From Candidatus Limimorpha sp. (GTDB lineage Bacteria; Bacteroidota; Bacteroidia; Bacteroidales; F082): DNA of 64,000 nucleotides. The position numbers and the translations under genes are program-made. Position 1 is the stretch's first letter. Each line of letters opens with the position of its first letter. Positions 26,140 to 35,469 of the stretch are shown in pieces. The notes beneath the pieces were generated by a model, which saw only the letters and a program-made list of their open reading frames with translations, made no database searches and had not been told where the DNA came from. The stretch covers positions 66,308-130,307 of the forward strand of contig JBGUHI010000034.1 in NCBI GenBank assembly GCA_045111995.1, written 5' to 3'.

Positions 26140-27030
26140 TTATTTGATGGATACTACCAAATAATTCGAGATACTCCAGAAAGCTTCCTTGTCGATGACT
26201 TGGAGGATTTTGTTGCCATCCTCGTTCTCAACGACTTCATAGCTGTTCTCCGGGTGGTTGGTCATGAACTTGGGTTTCTTGGTGTTGAGCGGTATGGACT
26301 CGACTTCTCGCTTGTCCATCTTGACGAACTGGCCTTTGTCAAAGCCTTGTTTCGATATGGCGCTTGAGGAGAAGAGTCCGCCCTTGCTGAGGATGCCCTT
26401 GTCGATCAAGGTTTGCTGAGGGGCGATGCAAATCCACACTGTGTTGAGCATGGAGTCTTGGTTCTCTATTGTGGCCTGCTGCACGGCGTTCTGAACCGTC
26501 ATGACGTCAAGGTTGCTGCTCAGCTCATCGATATTGTCACTCAAGTCGGAGACCTGTTCGTTGAGCATGGCAATCTGTTGCTTGCTCTGCTGAAGCTCGT
26601 CCTTGAGGCCGGCAACATAGACGTCTTTCTCTTCCAGCTGCTTCTTAAGGCGGCTTACGGTTTGGCTGAGGGCCTGGGAACTGGCGCCCTGCTCGGCCAA
26701 TTGTTTCTCCAATCTATCGATCTTCTGACGATTCTCCTTAAGAGTCTGTTGGATGGCATTGATTTCCGAAACGGCCCTTTGGGTGTTGCCTTCCTGGTTC
26801 TCCATCAGAATGATGCTCTCCTGAGCGCGCACCGCTTCCAAGGCATTCTCAATCTCGTTGATGGTATTCAAAGCCTGATTGAAACCACCTTTGGCAGCTA
26901 CCGCTTCGGTGTAGAGCGAATCTCGCTCCGCCAGCAACACCTGATACTTCTCGGAACGTTCCACATCGCAGGCAGTGACCCACAAGAGAACGCTTAACCC
27001 GCAAACGAATGTCAATTTAGCTTTCATCAT
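26140..27030 (-). CDS. Coiled-coil lipoprotein, function unknown
   Basis: Lipobox (LWVTAC), about 170 aa of heptad-rich Q/E/L sequence, and a globular C-terminal ~110 aa. The track ORF starts at 27066; MMKAKL at 27030 is the likelier signal-peptide start. Confidence 0.6.
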   Translation of the reverse strand: MMKAKLTFVCGLSVLLWVTACDVERSEKYQVLLAERDSLYTEAVAAKGGFNQALNTINEIENALEAVRAQESIILMENQEGNTQRAVSEINAIQQTLKENRQKIDRLEKQLAEQGASSQALSQTVSRLKKQLEEKDVYVAGLKDELQQSKQQIAMLNEQVSDLSDNIDELSSNLDVMTVQNAVQQATIENQDSMLNTVWICIAPQQTLIDKGILSKGGLFSSSAISKQGFDKGQFVKMDKREVESIPLNTKKPKFMTNHPENSYEVVENEDGNKILQVIDKEAFWSISNYLVVSIK

Positions 27031-27197
27031 GTTGATTTTTTGCATTAAACCTATATCATATTTCATACCTAACTATGAAGCTAAAGACAATTTATTGAAT
27101 ATCAAGTTATTACAAAACAAAGCAAACAACAACAAACTGTGGAAAAGTGTGGAATTGTGTCATCGCCTACTGTATCAAACTGAGGAATCTTGTAGAC

Positions 27198-28019
27198 TTA
27201 GAGATAGACAAAACCCGTGCATTTGTGGCGAGGCAAGGGGAACACCGAGGTGGTTGGGGCAAGACGAACGTGTTTTTTGCTGAACTGTTGGTAGAGGCAC
27301 TGCATGGCCTTTTCGGGCGTGTTGTTGTTCTCGCTGAGGTGGCAAAGCATGATGTTCTTGATTTGTGGATGGTAGATCTCGGCGAGAAAGCGAGCCGTCT
27401 CGATGTTGCTCAGATGCCCGAAAGGTCCTGAGATTCTTTGTTTCAGAATATATGGATAAGGGCCTTTTTCGAGCATCTCCACGTCGTAGTTGGACTCGAT
27501 AACGATGTTGTCGGCACATCGGACCTTTTCTTTCACCACATTGTCGAGCATCCCGATATCGGTGGCAATAATCAATGTATGTCCTTCATATTCAAAGCAA
27601 TACCCCATCGCCCCTCTCCCATCGTGCATGATGGGGTAAGCCTCGATGCGTATGCCGCAGATCTCGAACGGGCAGAACGGCTCCACCTCTTTTAGAAGGA
27701 TGGGGGCAACACCTTTCGTGGCCTTGCCTTCCATGATACCTTGAAGACAGTCGGGATGCGCATGGATGGGGATGGCCGCCTGACGGGTCAGTGTCTCCAA
27801 GCCCTTCACGTGGTCGATATGGTCGTGCGTAACCAAAATGGCCTTGATGCCACCCAAAGGCAAATCGTTTTGCGCCAAGCATTTGACGATTTGCGTCGCA
27901 CTGATGCCCGCGTCAACAAGCACACCTTCGTCCTGCTTGCCCACGTAATAGCAATTGCCGCTGCTGCCAGAGGCAAAACTGCAAAAAACAAAAGGCGACA
28001 TGAAGGAGAAGAGATCCAT
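27198..28019 (-). CDS. MBL-fold metallo-hydrolase
   Basis: VTHDHIDH (HxHxDH motif), with downstream His/Asp ligand positions. Confidence 0.85.
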   Translation of the reverse strand: MDLFSFMSPFVFCSFASGSSGNCYYVGKQDEGVLVDAGISATQIVKCLAQNDLPLGGIKAILVTHDHIDHVKGLETLTRQAAIPIHAHPDCLQGIMEGKATKGVAPILLKEVEPFCPFEICGIRIEAYPIMHDGRGAMGYCFEYEGHTLIIATDIGMLDNVVKEKVRCADNIVIESNYDVEMLEKGPYPYILKQRISGPFGHLSNIETARFLAEIYHPQIKNIMLCHLSENNNTPEKAMQCLYQQFSKKHVRLAPTTSVFPLPRHKCTGFVYL

Positions 28020-28067
28020 TGCAAATCATTTAAGGCGCAAAAGTAGTCATTAAATCGGTTTTTTCCT

Positions 28068-28075
28068 TATTTTTG
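28068..28075 (+). promoter_or_regulatory. Bacteroidota -7 box for the ureohydrolase-family gene
   Basis: 'tatttttg', 19 nt upstream of the ATG at 28095. Confidence 0.45.
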
Positions 28076-28094
28076 TCCCCAAATTTATCAACAA

Positions 28095-29126
28095 ATGGAA
28101 AACAACTTCGATCCCAACGCCGCCGCTGTTGCCGATTCCGGCATCTATGGCCTGCCCTGCTCAGCCGAGGAAGCGCAAATCATCATCATTCCCGTGGAAT
28201 GGGAGCTCACCACGAGCTACAACCGTGGCACCGTCGACGGTCCCGCCACAATCATGGAGGCCTCTTTGCAGGTCGACCTCTGCCACCACGACTACCCCGA
28301 CCTGTGGCAAAAAGGCATCTGGTTGGACGAGTTCCCCAAGGAATTGCGCGAGTTGCACGACGAGATGGCACCGCTGAGCGAGGACATCATCAATGCTTTG
28401 TACGAAGGCACCATCGACGACGAGCCGGAGAAATACGCCGAACTTTACGCCCGCATCGAAGCCGCCACAGAGAAGAAAAACGCCTGGCTCCGTGAGCGCA
28501 TCGCCTACTGGAAGACACAAGGCAAGGTGGTGGGTCTTTTGGGCGGCGACCACAGTTGCCCCCTCGCCTATCACCAATACCTTAATAGTATAGGTGTGGA
28601 ATACGGCATCCTCCACGCCGATGCCCATTGCGACCTGCGCAAGGCCTTTGAGGGATTCAAATACTCACATGCCTCAATCTTCTACAACACACTGAAATTC
28701 AGCAATATGAAAAAACTCGTACAAGTCGGCATCCGCGACTACTGCCATCAGGAGAAGGCCTTGTCCGAGAGCCAACCCGAGCGCATCAAGGTCTTCTTCG
28801 ACCGCGACTGCCGCCGCCGCATGTACGAAGGCACGACTTGGAAAGACATTGTAGACGAGATGGTTGCGGCCTTGCCTGAAAAGGTCTACCTCTCCATCGA
28901 CATCGATGCCCTTGACCCGAAGCTCTGCCCCAACACGGGCACGCCCGTGCCTGGCGGATTGGAATACGAAGAGCTGACGTACCTCCTCAACCGCATCCGT
29001 GAGGCCGGCAAGGACATCATCGGCTTCGACCTCTGCGAGGTGTCGCCCTCACCTGATGGCGGCGACTGGGACGGCAACGTTGGGGCTCGCGTGCTGTTCC
29101 ACCTCTGCGGCGTGGCAGCGAAATAA
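28095..29126 (+). CDS. Arginase/agmatinase/formimidoylglutamase (ureohydrolase) family protein
   Basis: Mn-ligand blocks GGDHS, DAHCDLR and SIDIDALDP, plus TGTPVPGGL. Confidence 0.8.
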   Translation: MENNFDPNAAAVADSGIYGLPCSAEEAQIIIIPVEWELTTSYNRGTVDGPATIMEASLQVDLCHHDYPDLWQKGIWLDEFPKELRELHDEMAPLSEDIINALYEGTIDDEPEKYAELYARIEAATEKKNAWLRERIAYWKTQGKVVGLLGGDHSCPLAYHQYLNSIGVEYGILHADAHCDLRKAFEGFKYSHASIFYNTLKFSNMKKLVQVGIRDYCHQEKALSESQPERIKVFFDRDCRRRMYEGTTWKDIVDEMVAALPEKVYLSIDIDALDPKLCPNTGTPVPGGLEYEELTYLLNRIREAGKDIIGFDLCEVSPSPDGGDWDGNVGARVLFHLCGVAAK

Positions 29127-29163
29127 AAAACATCGTAATTGTAATACCAATATAATTTTTATA

Positions 29164-29171
29164 TAACTTTG
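29164..29171 (+). promoter_or_regulatory. Bacteroidota -7 box for the DUF47/PiT operon
   Basis: 'taactttg', 70 nt upstream of the ATG. A small hairpin gccgaa-N7-ttcggc (29188-29206) lies in the leader. Confidence 0.45.
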
Positions 29172-29241
29172 CCCAATCATTCACTAAGCCGAAATTTTAA
29201 TTCGGCACAGCCAACCTAACGATTTCAAACCCATTTAGAAA

Positions 29242-29892
29242 ATGGCACTGAACAACCTATTCACCAAGGGAAGCAACCGCGAGAAGCACTTCTTCCCCAC
29301 CTACCTGCAACAGGCCGAGGCGGCACAGGTGGCCGCCAAATACCTCAAGGAACTTGTCAAGAGTGACGACCCTGAAGAACGTCGGCTGCTCACCCGCATG
29401 ATCAAGAAACAAGAGACCACTGGCGACGAACTGCTGCGCGAGTTCTACGTCGAACTCAACGAGGCCTTCGTCACGCCCTTCGACCACGAGGACATGAACG
29501 CCCTCGCCATGGGGCTCGACACCTTCCTCGACTTCATCAACCACTCGGCCAAGACCATCCTGATGTACACGCCCAAGAAAATCGACAAGCAAATCAAGGA
29601 AATCGTCGACAACATCCACGAGGACGCCAACACCATGATCCAGATCTTCAACCTGCTCGAAGACCTCGGCAAGAACCACAAGGAAATCGGCGAGTTGTGC
29701 GACAAGGTGACCCAAATCGAACATACCGTCGACGAAATCTATGGCGACTACATCTCCTACCTTTTCGAGAACGAGAAAGACGAGATCGAGTTGCTGAAAT
29801 ACAAGGAGATAGCCCAAGCCGTTGAAGACACCACCGACCGTGCGAAAGACGTCACGGGCATCGTGAAACTGCTGATCATAAAAGAATCGTGA
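29242..29892 (+). CDS. DUF47-family (PhoU-like) phosphate-transport accessory protein
   Basis: About 215 aa, all-helical. Blocks: ETTGDELLREF, FVTPFDHEDMNALAMGLD, TDRAKDV. It overlaps the PiT start by 4 nt. Confidence 0.8.
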   Translation: MALNNLFTKGSNREKHFFPTYLQQAEAAQVAAKYLKELVKSDDPEERRLLTRMIKKQETTGDELLREFYVELNEAFVTPFDHEDMNALAMGLDTFLDFINHSAKTILMYTPKKIDKQIKEIVDNIHEDANTMIQIFNLLEDLGKNHKEIGELCDKVTQIEHTVDEIYGDYISYLFENEKDEIELLKYKEIAQAVEDTTDRAKDVTGIVKLLIIKES

Positions 29893-30959
29893 TGAACCTC
29901 TTGACCATAGCCATCATCCTGTCCATCGTCCTTGCCTTCGTCTTCACTTTCCTGAACGGCATGAACGACGCGGCCAACTCCATCTCGACCATCATCGCCA
30001 CCAAGGTGATGACACCCGTGCAGGCCATCCTGTGGGCCTCGTTTTGGGAGTTCGCCGCCTTCCTCATCATCCGCCTCGTGCTCAACCAGCAGTTCGCCGT
30101 GGGTAACACCATGGCCAACTTCGCCGAGCAAAGCGTCATCGACCCCTACCTCATCCTCTCCGCCCTTGTCGGAGCGGCAATATGGGTGGCGATATGCACC
30201 AAGAGCGGGATGCCCATCTCCACTTCGCACGCCCTCATCGGCGGCATCATCGGAGCGGCATGGTTCGTCAACGGCAGCGCTGTGCTGCAAATGAAACCCA
30301 TCCTCATCACCTTGGCATTCATCGTCTTATCCCCCCTCATCGGACTGTTCCTGGGTTTCTTCTTGGAATGCGTTTTCTTGAAAATCTGCAAAAACAAGCC
30401 TCGGAAGCGTGTCGACAAACTCTTTAGGATACTACAGCATTTCTCGACGGCGGCTTTCTGCATCGGCCACGGCTCCAACGACGCGCCTAAGACCATGGGC
30501 ATCATTGCCGTGCTGATGGCCAGCGTGTTCACTACAGATGGCGTAAGCGAAGGCATGAAAGCGTTCATCGGCAACTTCTACGACAGCAGCCGGGGGTTCC
30601 ACATCCCTGACATTCTGGCCGTTTCGTGTTATATCATCATGTCATTGGGCATTTTGATTGGGGGCAAGAACGTCATTAAGACCATGGGCGGCGGTTTGGC
30701 CAAGATCACACCTGTCAGAGGTTTCTCGGCAGAGTTCGCAGGTGCCACTACCTTGATTGCCACCTCGTTCCTTGGCATTCCCGTCAGCACGACACACACC
30801 ATCACAGGCGGCGTCATCGGCGTAGGCCTCACAGATGGCATGAAATCCGTGAAATGGGTCACGGCCAAGCGCATCGTCCTGTCGTGGATACTCACCATCC
30901 CAGTGCCGCTCGTCATCGGCGGACTCCTGAACCTGTTGTTTCACCTCTTAGTAAAGTAA
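29889..30959 (+). CDS. Inorganic phosphate transporter, PiT family
   Basis: NGMNDAANSI and GSNDAPKTMG (the duplicated PiT signature), with a multi-TM profile. Confidence 0.9.
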   Translation: MMNLLTIAIILSIVLAFVFTFLNGMNDAANSISTIIATKVMTPVQAILWASFWEFAAFLIIRLVLNQQFAVGNTMANFAEQSVIDPYLILSALVGAAIWVAICTKSGMPISTSHALIGGIIGAAWFVNGSAVLQMKPILITLAFIVLSPLIGLFLGFFLECVFLKICKNKPRKRVDKLFRILQHFSTAAFCIGHGSNDAPKTMGIIAVLMASVFTTDGVSEGMKAFIGNFYDSSRGFHIPDILAVSCYIIMSLGILIGGKNVIKTMGGGLAKITPVRGFSAEFAGATTLIATSFLGIPVSTTHTITGGVIGVGLTDGMKSVKWVTAKRIVLSWILTIPVPLVIGGLLNLLFHLLVK

Positions 30960-30963
30960 TGCC

Positions 30964-31617
30964 ATGAGCCTCAACAGTTTCTTCCAGTATTTCGTCCCCA
31001 AGGAAAAAAAATTCTATCCGCTTTACGAGAAGCAGGCGGAATACATCGACAAGGCCGCCAAACTGCTGCGGCAGATGCTCCTTGAGACCGACCTCGAACG
31101 GCTACAGAAGCTGAAAGCGGACATCAAGGCCTGCGAGACGGGTGGCGACGCCGTCTTGGACGAGTTCCACAGCACGCTTTTCTGCACCGTCCTTACGCCT
31201 TTCCAACGCGAGGACGTCCACGAACTGGCAGAGTTGATGGACGACTTAATGGATCGCATCGACGACTGCGGCAACATTGTCCTCACCCGCCGTTTCCTGG
31301 ACGTAGACGAAGACCTCACCACCATGGCGGAAAACATCATGTTTGCCACCGAGAGCCTGAGCAACATCATCAGCCGCATCCCCTATCTTTCGGACGACAA
31401 TAAACGAAAGGAAATCAACCGCCTCTGCCAAGAAATCAAGACCCTTGAGCACGACAACGACGAACGCTACGGCAGTTACATCCACAAACTCTTCAACCAA
31501 AACTACAGCCTCACCGAAATCATCAAACGCAAAGACCTCGTGCAAGTGCTTGAAAACACGACCAATTCGGTCAAGTATATATCGGATAAAGTTAGAAGTA
31601 TAATAAGTAAACTGTAA
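30964..31617 (+). CDS. Second DUF47-family (PhoU-like) protein
   Basis: Paralogous to 29242-29892 (ETGGDAVLDEF, VLTPFQREDVHELAELMD). Confidence 0.8.
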   Translation: MSLNSFFQYFVPKEKKFYPLYEKQAEYIDKAAKLLRQMLLETDLERLQKLKADIKACETGGDAVLDEFHSTLFCTVLTPFQREDVHELAELMDDLMDRIDDCGNIVLTRRFLDVDEDLTTMAENIMFATESLSNIISRIPYLSDDNKRKEINRLCQEIKTLEHDNDERYGSYIHKLFNQNYSLTEIIKRKDLVQVLENTTNSVKYISDKVRSIISKL

Positions 31618-31626
31618 ATCAATAGC

Positions 31627-31845
31627 TATCAGCTGTCAGCTGTCAGCAATCAGCTGTCAGCCATCAGCAATCAGCTGTCAGCCATCAGCAATCAGCTGTC
31701 AGCAATCAGCAATCAGCTGTCAGCAATCAGCAATCAGCAATCAGCAATCAGCTGTCAGCAATCAGCAATCAGCTGTCAGCTGTCAGCAATCAGCAGTCAG
31801 TAGTCAGCTGTCAGCCTCGGTTCAAACAAGCTGAGAGCTGAAAGC
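31627..31845. repeat. 27 tandem NNTCAGC heptamers (31627-31815) plus a short inverted arm agctgag agctgaa agc (31829-31845)
   Basis: Counted unit by unit. The units are tatcagc, tgtcagc, aatcagc, catcagc, agtcagc and one agtcagt. The phase never slips over 189 nt. Confidence 0.97.
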
Positions 31846-31861
31846 CCAAAAACAAAACACC

Positions 31862-33055
31862 ATGCGACAAATCATCACTAGCCTGTTAGACAACGACCTC
31901 TACACCTTCAGCGTGTGCTACGCCTACCTCCAGAAGTTCCCCCGCGCCATGGGACAATACACTTTCGTCGACCGCAACAACACGGTCTATCCCGAGGGTT
32001 TCGCGGAGAAGCTTCGCGAGCAGTTCGACAGCTATGCCAACATCCGCATCACCGACGAAGAAGTGCATTTCATGAAGCGGAAATGCTACTACTTCCCGCT
32101 GTGGTTTTTCACCTTCCTGCGCGGTTTCCATCTGCGGCCCAACGAGGTCGAGGTGAGCCAAGACGAGGAAGGTCATCTGCACATCCAAGTGACGGGCCTT
32201 CTGTGGCGCACTGTGTTTTGGGAAATGCCTATCCTGGCCACCGTCTCAGAGTTGATGCACGAACTGAAAGGCGAGTTTGAGCACTACGATGCCGAGAACG
32301 AATACCAAAAGTCCTACGCCAAGGGCATCCGTCTTATCAGCAACAGCGTAAAATTCAGCGACTTCGGAACACGTCGTCGTTTCTCCTTCGCACACCAGGA
32401 CTTGGTGATTCGTTCGTTCATCGAGGCACAGGAACAATTCTCCAAGACCTATTTCGTGGGTACCAGCAACGTGCTGCTGGCCATGAAATACGACCTCACC
32501 CCCATCGGCACCATGAGTCACCAGTTCATCGAGACCTGCTCGCTCTACGGTTACAACGAGGCCAACTACATCGCCATGGACTACTGGCAGGAGGTCTACG
32601 CCGGCAGCCTGGGTGTGTTCCTCTACGACACCTACACTCGCAAGGCCTTCTTCCAGAACTTCACCCAACTCCACGCAAAGTTGTTTGACGGCCTGCGCGT
32701 CGACAGCGGCGACAACTATGAGGCTTTGGAGGACATCATCGAGAAATACAAGGAACTCGGCATCGACCCAGCGCAGAAGTCCATCATCTTCAGCAACGGC
32801 CTGAACGTCGACGAGGCCATAGCCATCCACGAGGCCGTGGCAGGCCGAATGCAGGATTCGTTCGGCATTGGCACCCACCTCACCTGTGATATCGACAACG
32901 TGAAGGCCATGAACATCGTGGTGAAGCTCACGGCGGCCAAGATCACCGAGAAGCGCAACTGGAAGAAAGTGGTCAAGCTCAGCGACGACCTCGGCAAATA
33001 CACCGGCGACCCAGAAGAGATCGAGATTTGCAAGAAGACGTTGGAGATAGAGTAA
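31862..33055 (+). CDS. pncB: Nicotinate phosphoribosyltransferase
   Basis: SLLDNDLYTFSV at the N-terminus, FGTRRR, GTSN, and a size of about 397 aa. Confidence 0.9.
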   Translation: MRQIITSLLDNDLYTFSVCYAYLQKFPRAMGQYTFVDRNNTVYPEGFAEKLREQFDSYANIRITDEEVHFMKRKCYYFPLWFFTFLRGFHLRPNEVEVSQDEEGHLHIQVTGLLWRTVFWEMPILATVSELMHELKGEFEHYDAENEYQKSYAKGIRLISNSVKFSDFGTRRRFSFAHQDLVIRSFIEAQEQFSKTYFVGTSNVLLAMKYDLTPIGTMSHQFIETCSLYGYNEANYIAMDYWQEVYAGSLGVFLYDTYTRKAFFQNFTQLHAKLFDGLRVDSGDNYEALEDIIEKYKELGIDPAQKSIIFSNGLNVDEAIAIHEAVAGRMQDSFGIGTHLTCDIDNVKAMNIVVKLTAAKITEKRNWKKVVKLSDDLGKYTGDPEEIEICKKTLEIE

Positions 33056-33092
33056 CAGAAAGACATGCGGAAATGGTTGTCAAACATATAAA

Positions 33093-33126
33093 AAGCAGGC
33101 TGCCCAAAGGCAACCTGCTTTTTCTT
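33093..33126. terminator. Bidirectional terminator between convergent pncB and the 757-aa gene
   Basis: aagcagg-N14-cctgctt hairpin with a flanking A-run and T-run. Confidence 0.65.
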
Positions 33127-33143
33127 TCATAACCGCCTATGGT

Positions 33144-35417
33144 TCAGTTGTGATAGTCCCGATAATACACACAGTTGGATGACACCGCACCATGATAGGC
33201 TGTGCCTGCATATTGGTCGAACTCGTTGAACTGCTTGTCGGCGACCACCATATGGTAGGCCCAATACGATGTGTTCTGCTCCATCAACTGCTGGGCGTTC
33301 TTAGCCTGGGCGAAAATGATATGCGCCAGCAGCTCCCTGTCGGTGGCCGTCTTCCTGGCTTTCTCCAGATAGGCATTCGACAACTCTAGCGTGTTCTTAT
33401 AAGCCGTGGCATCGGGACCGAACTTCCAATAGCTGAAGGCATTGTCGTTGTCGAAACGAAGGTAATGGCGGAAATAGCCCGTCCTACTGGCGTTATAGAA
33501 GAAGTTGGCAATCAAATAGTTGGCCATGGCAGCCTCGTCGCCTTTCTTGTCGCCGAGCTTCTGTAGCTGGATAAGGGCATTGGTCACGTCGAGCTCGCTC
33601 ATGTTGTCGTGGATGAAGGGGAAGTAGTCAATGTAGTCGGCACGCATGATGTATTCTTCATCACCGCTGTAATACACCTCGATATTGTGTCCGAAAATAA
33701 GGCGCGAGACCTGCAAGCGGGTATGCTTCTCAAAGAGGCTCTTGGCCGTCTTGAAGTCGCCGTCGGTGAGACGCAGCACGCCTTTCACATAAGAGAGGTA
33801 GTTGTTGGGGTTGGCAATATCAACCGTGCTGTTCTCGGCGAGGTATTCCTCCAACGGGGTTTTCTTCTTCTTGTTGAGGAAGGTCTGGATGTCGTTGACC
33901 AGTGCCTCGGTGGGTTCGTCCGTCACTTGGACAATGTGATGCAGCGTCAGGTACGACTTGGCCTTCTCGCCTTGCAAGGCATAGCGGTTGGCAAGCACCA
34001 TGCCGACGAAGGTGTTATAGGCGTAGTTGTAGTTATAGTTCGCATCGCCCTTAATCAGGTCGGCGTAGTTGTTAAAGAGATATCGCTCGGCGTCGGCGTC
34101 GATCTTCGGTTGGCGGCAGATGTCGATGTAGGCGGTCAGATGGTTCACCATGTCCATATAATCGGTGTCGGTCGACTTCACGTTGCCGAGGCATCTTGAA
34201 GCCAGGTCGAAGTCCTTGTTCAGGAAATGCAGATACGACGAGGCGAGGTTCCAGAAGTTCTTGTCGGAGGCCTTGTCGCGCTGCGTGTCGCTGACTCTCA
34301 TGGCCTGGTTGAAGAAAGCCTTACCCTCCGTGTCGGTAGGACTCAGATAGGGATAACGAGAGACCTTGCTTTCACCCTCCCAGTTGGGCTCGGAGGAGAG
34401 CATACGGCGTTCAAGCATGTTGACGGCACGCACCATCAGCACCTTGGCCTGGATGGCATCGGGGTCGGTGACCACGATTTTCTCGATTTCGTTGACGGGG
34501 TTGTTGAAATCGCTGTAGCCCATCATGAAGAAGATGTTGTTGCGTTCGTTGTTGTCGGCGGCACCAGCCACAAAGTCGGCGAAGTTGATGTCATTTTCCA
34601 TGCCCATAGTCAACGACGTGTAGGCCATGGTCTTCAGGTCGTAGGAGTTGGCGAACACGCGGATGAAGGCACGGTTGGCCTTCACGGTCTCACCCATGCC
34701 GCGCAGGGCGCCCGCCTTCTGGCTGAGGGCGTAGTAATACATCTCGGTGCGCATCTTCAGCGGTTCCACGTACTGGTCGAAGAGTTGCACGGCCTCTTGG
34801 TAGCGGCGCGTGTAGTGCGCCAATCGCACCAGTTGGTAGCCGTAGCGCAACTTTAACTCATTGTCGCTCTCAGCGTTCCAACTCTTGGCGAGCACGGTCT
34901 TCACCTTGTCGTAGTCCAAGTCGCCAGCGTTGTGTTCATATTCAGGCAGGTCCCAGTAGTAGTCTGCATCCTCGCCGGGAATGATGCGCATGTATGGCTC
35001 CAGGTATTTGGCGTAGGCCAGATAGAGCAAAGCCTGCTTGTGGCTCTTCATGAAACCAGCATTGGCGAACGAGAGGTTGCTGTCTTTCGCCGCCTTGCCC
35101 TTGGAGAGGTTCTGGAGGTCTTCACGCGATGCCTTGAACACCAGATATTGGGTGTCTTCGTAGTTCAGTCCCAGATACTGGCTCCACTCCTCGATGTTGC
35201 CATTCCGGAGCGTGTCGTTGGTGTAATAGCGACTGCCGTAGACCAGCAAGAAAGGCCTATAGCGCTCGTCGCTCATGATTTCCTGGTTGAAGAGGTTGTA
35301 GTAATACCAATCCCCTTCGTCCCATCCGCAGGCAAATGACTTGCCCCACAACGCCGTCAGCATGACGGCAACGAATAAGAGTTTCTTTCGCATATTCATT
35401 AGGTTTTTAATTGACAT
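33144..35417 (-). CDS. Large secreted/lipoprotein-like hypothetical protein (757 aa)
   Basis: A signal peptide ending in SFAC. Helical-repeat-like composition, rich in Y/N/D, with no catalytic motif I recognise. An alternative start, MRKKLL, lies at 35393. Confidence 0.6.
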   Translation of the reverse strand: MSIKNLMNMRKKLLFVAVMLTALWGKSFACGWDEGDWYYYNLFNQEIMSDERYRPFLLVYGSRYYTNDTLRNGNIEEWSQYLGLNYEDTQYLVFKASREDLQNLSKGKAAKDSNLSFANAGFMKSHKQALLYLAYAKYLEPYMRIIPGEDADYYWDLPEYEHNAGDLDYDKVKTVLAKSWNAESDNELKLRYGYQLVRLAHYTRRYQEAVQLFDQYVEPLKMRTEMYYYALSQKAGALRGMGETVKANRAFIRVFANSYDLKTMAYTSLTMGMENDINFADFVAGAADNNERNNIFFMMGYSDFNNPVNEIEKIVVTDPDAIQAKVLMVRAVNMLERRMLSSEPNWEGESKVSRYPYLSPTDTEGKAFFNQAMRVSDTQRDKASDKNFWNLASSYLHFLNKDFDLASRCLGNVKSTDTDYMDMVNHLTAYIDICRQPKIDADAERYLFNNYADLIKGDANYNYNYAYNTFVGMVLANRYALQGEKAKSYLTLHHIVQVTDEPTEALVNDIQTFLNKKKKTPLEEYLAENSTVDIANPNNYLSYVKGVLRLTDGDFKTAKSLFEKHTRLQVSRLIFGHNIEVYYSGDEEYIMRADYIDYFPFIHDNMSELDVTNALIQLQKLGDKKGDEAAMANYLIANFFYNASRTGYFRHYLRFDNDNAFSYWKFGPDATAYKNTLELSNAYLEKARKTATDRELLAHIIFAQAKNAQQLMEQNTSYWAYHMVVADKQFNEFDQYAGTAYHGAVSSNCVYYRDYHN

Positions 35418-35469
35418 TCATTTTTTTGACGCGGGACTTCGGAACTTCGAGACGCGAGACCCGCAATTG

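Noticed and set aside
31627-31815. Could the regular arrays (here and at 4543-4694) be CRISPR arrays?
   Set aside because: The period is 7 nt with no unique spacers. CRISPR repeats are about 24-48 nt and alternate with spacers of similar length. No cas genes are in the window.
35428-35462. GC-rich segment gacgcgg gacttcg gaacttc gagacgc gagaccc, which looked like a fourth heptamer family
   Set aside because: Only the leading GA is periodic. The clearer repeats inside it are acttcg twice at 8-nt spacing and gacgcg[g/a]gac twice at 23-nt spacing, so a 7-nt tandem array is not supported. The region also lacks a hairpin plus U-run, so I did not call it a terminator.
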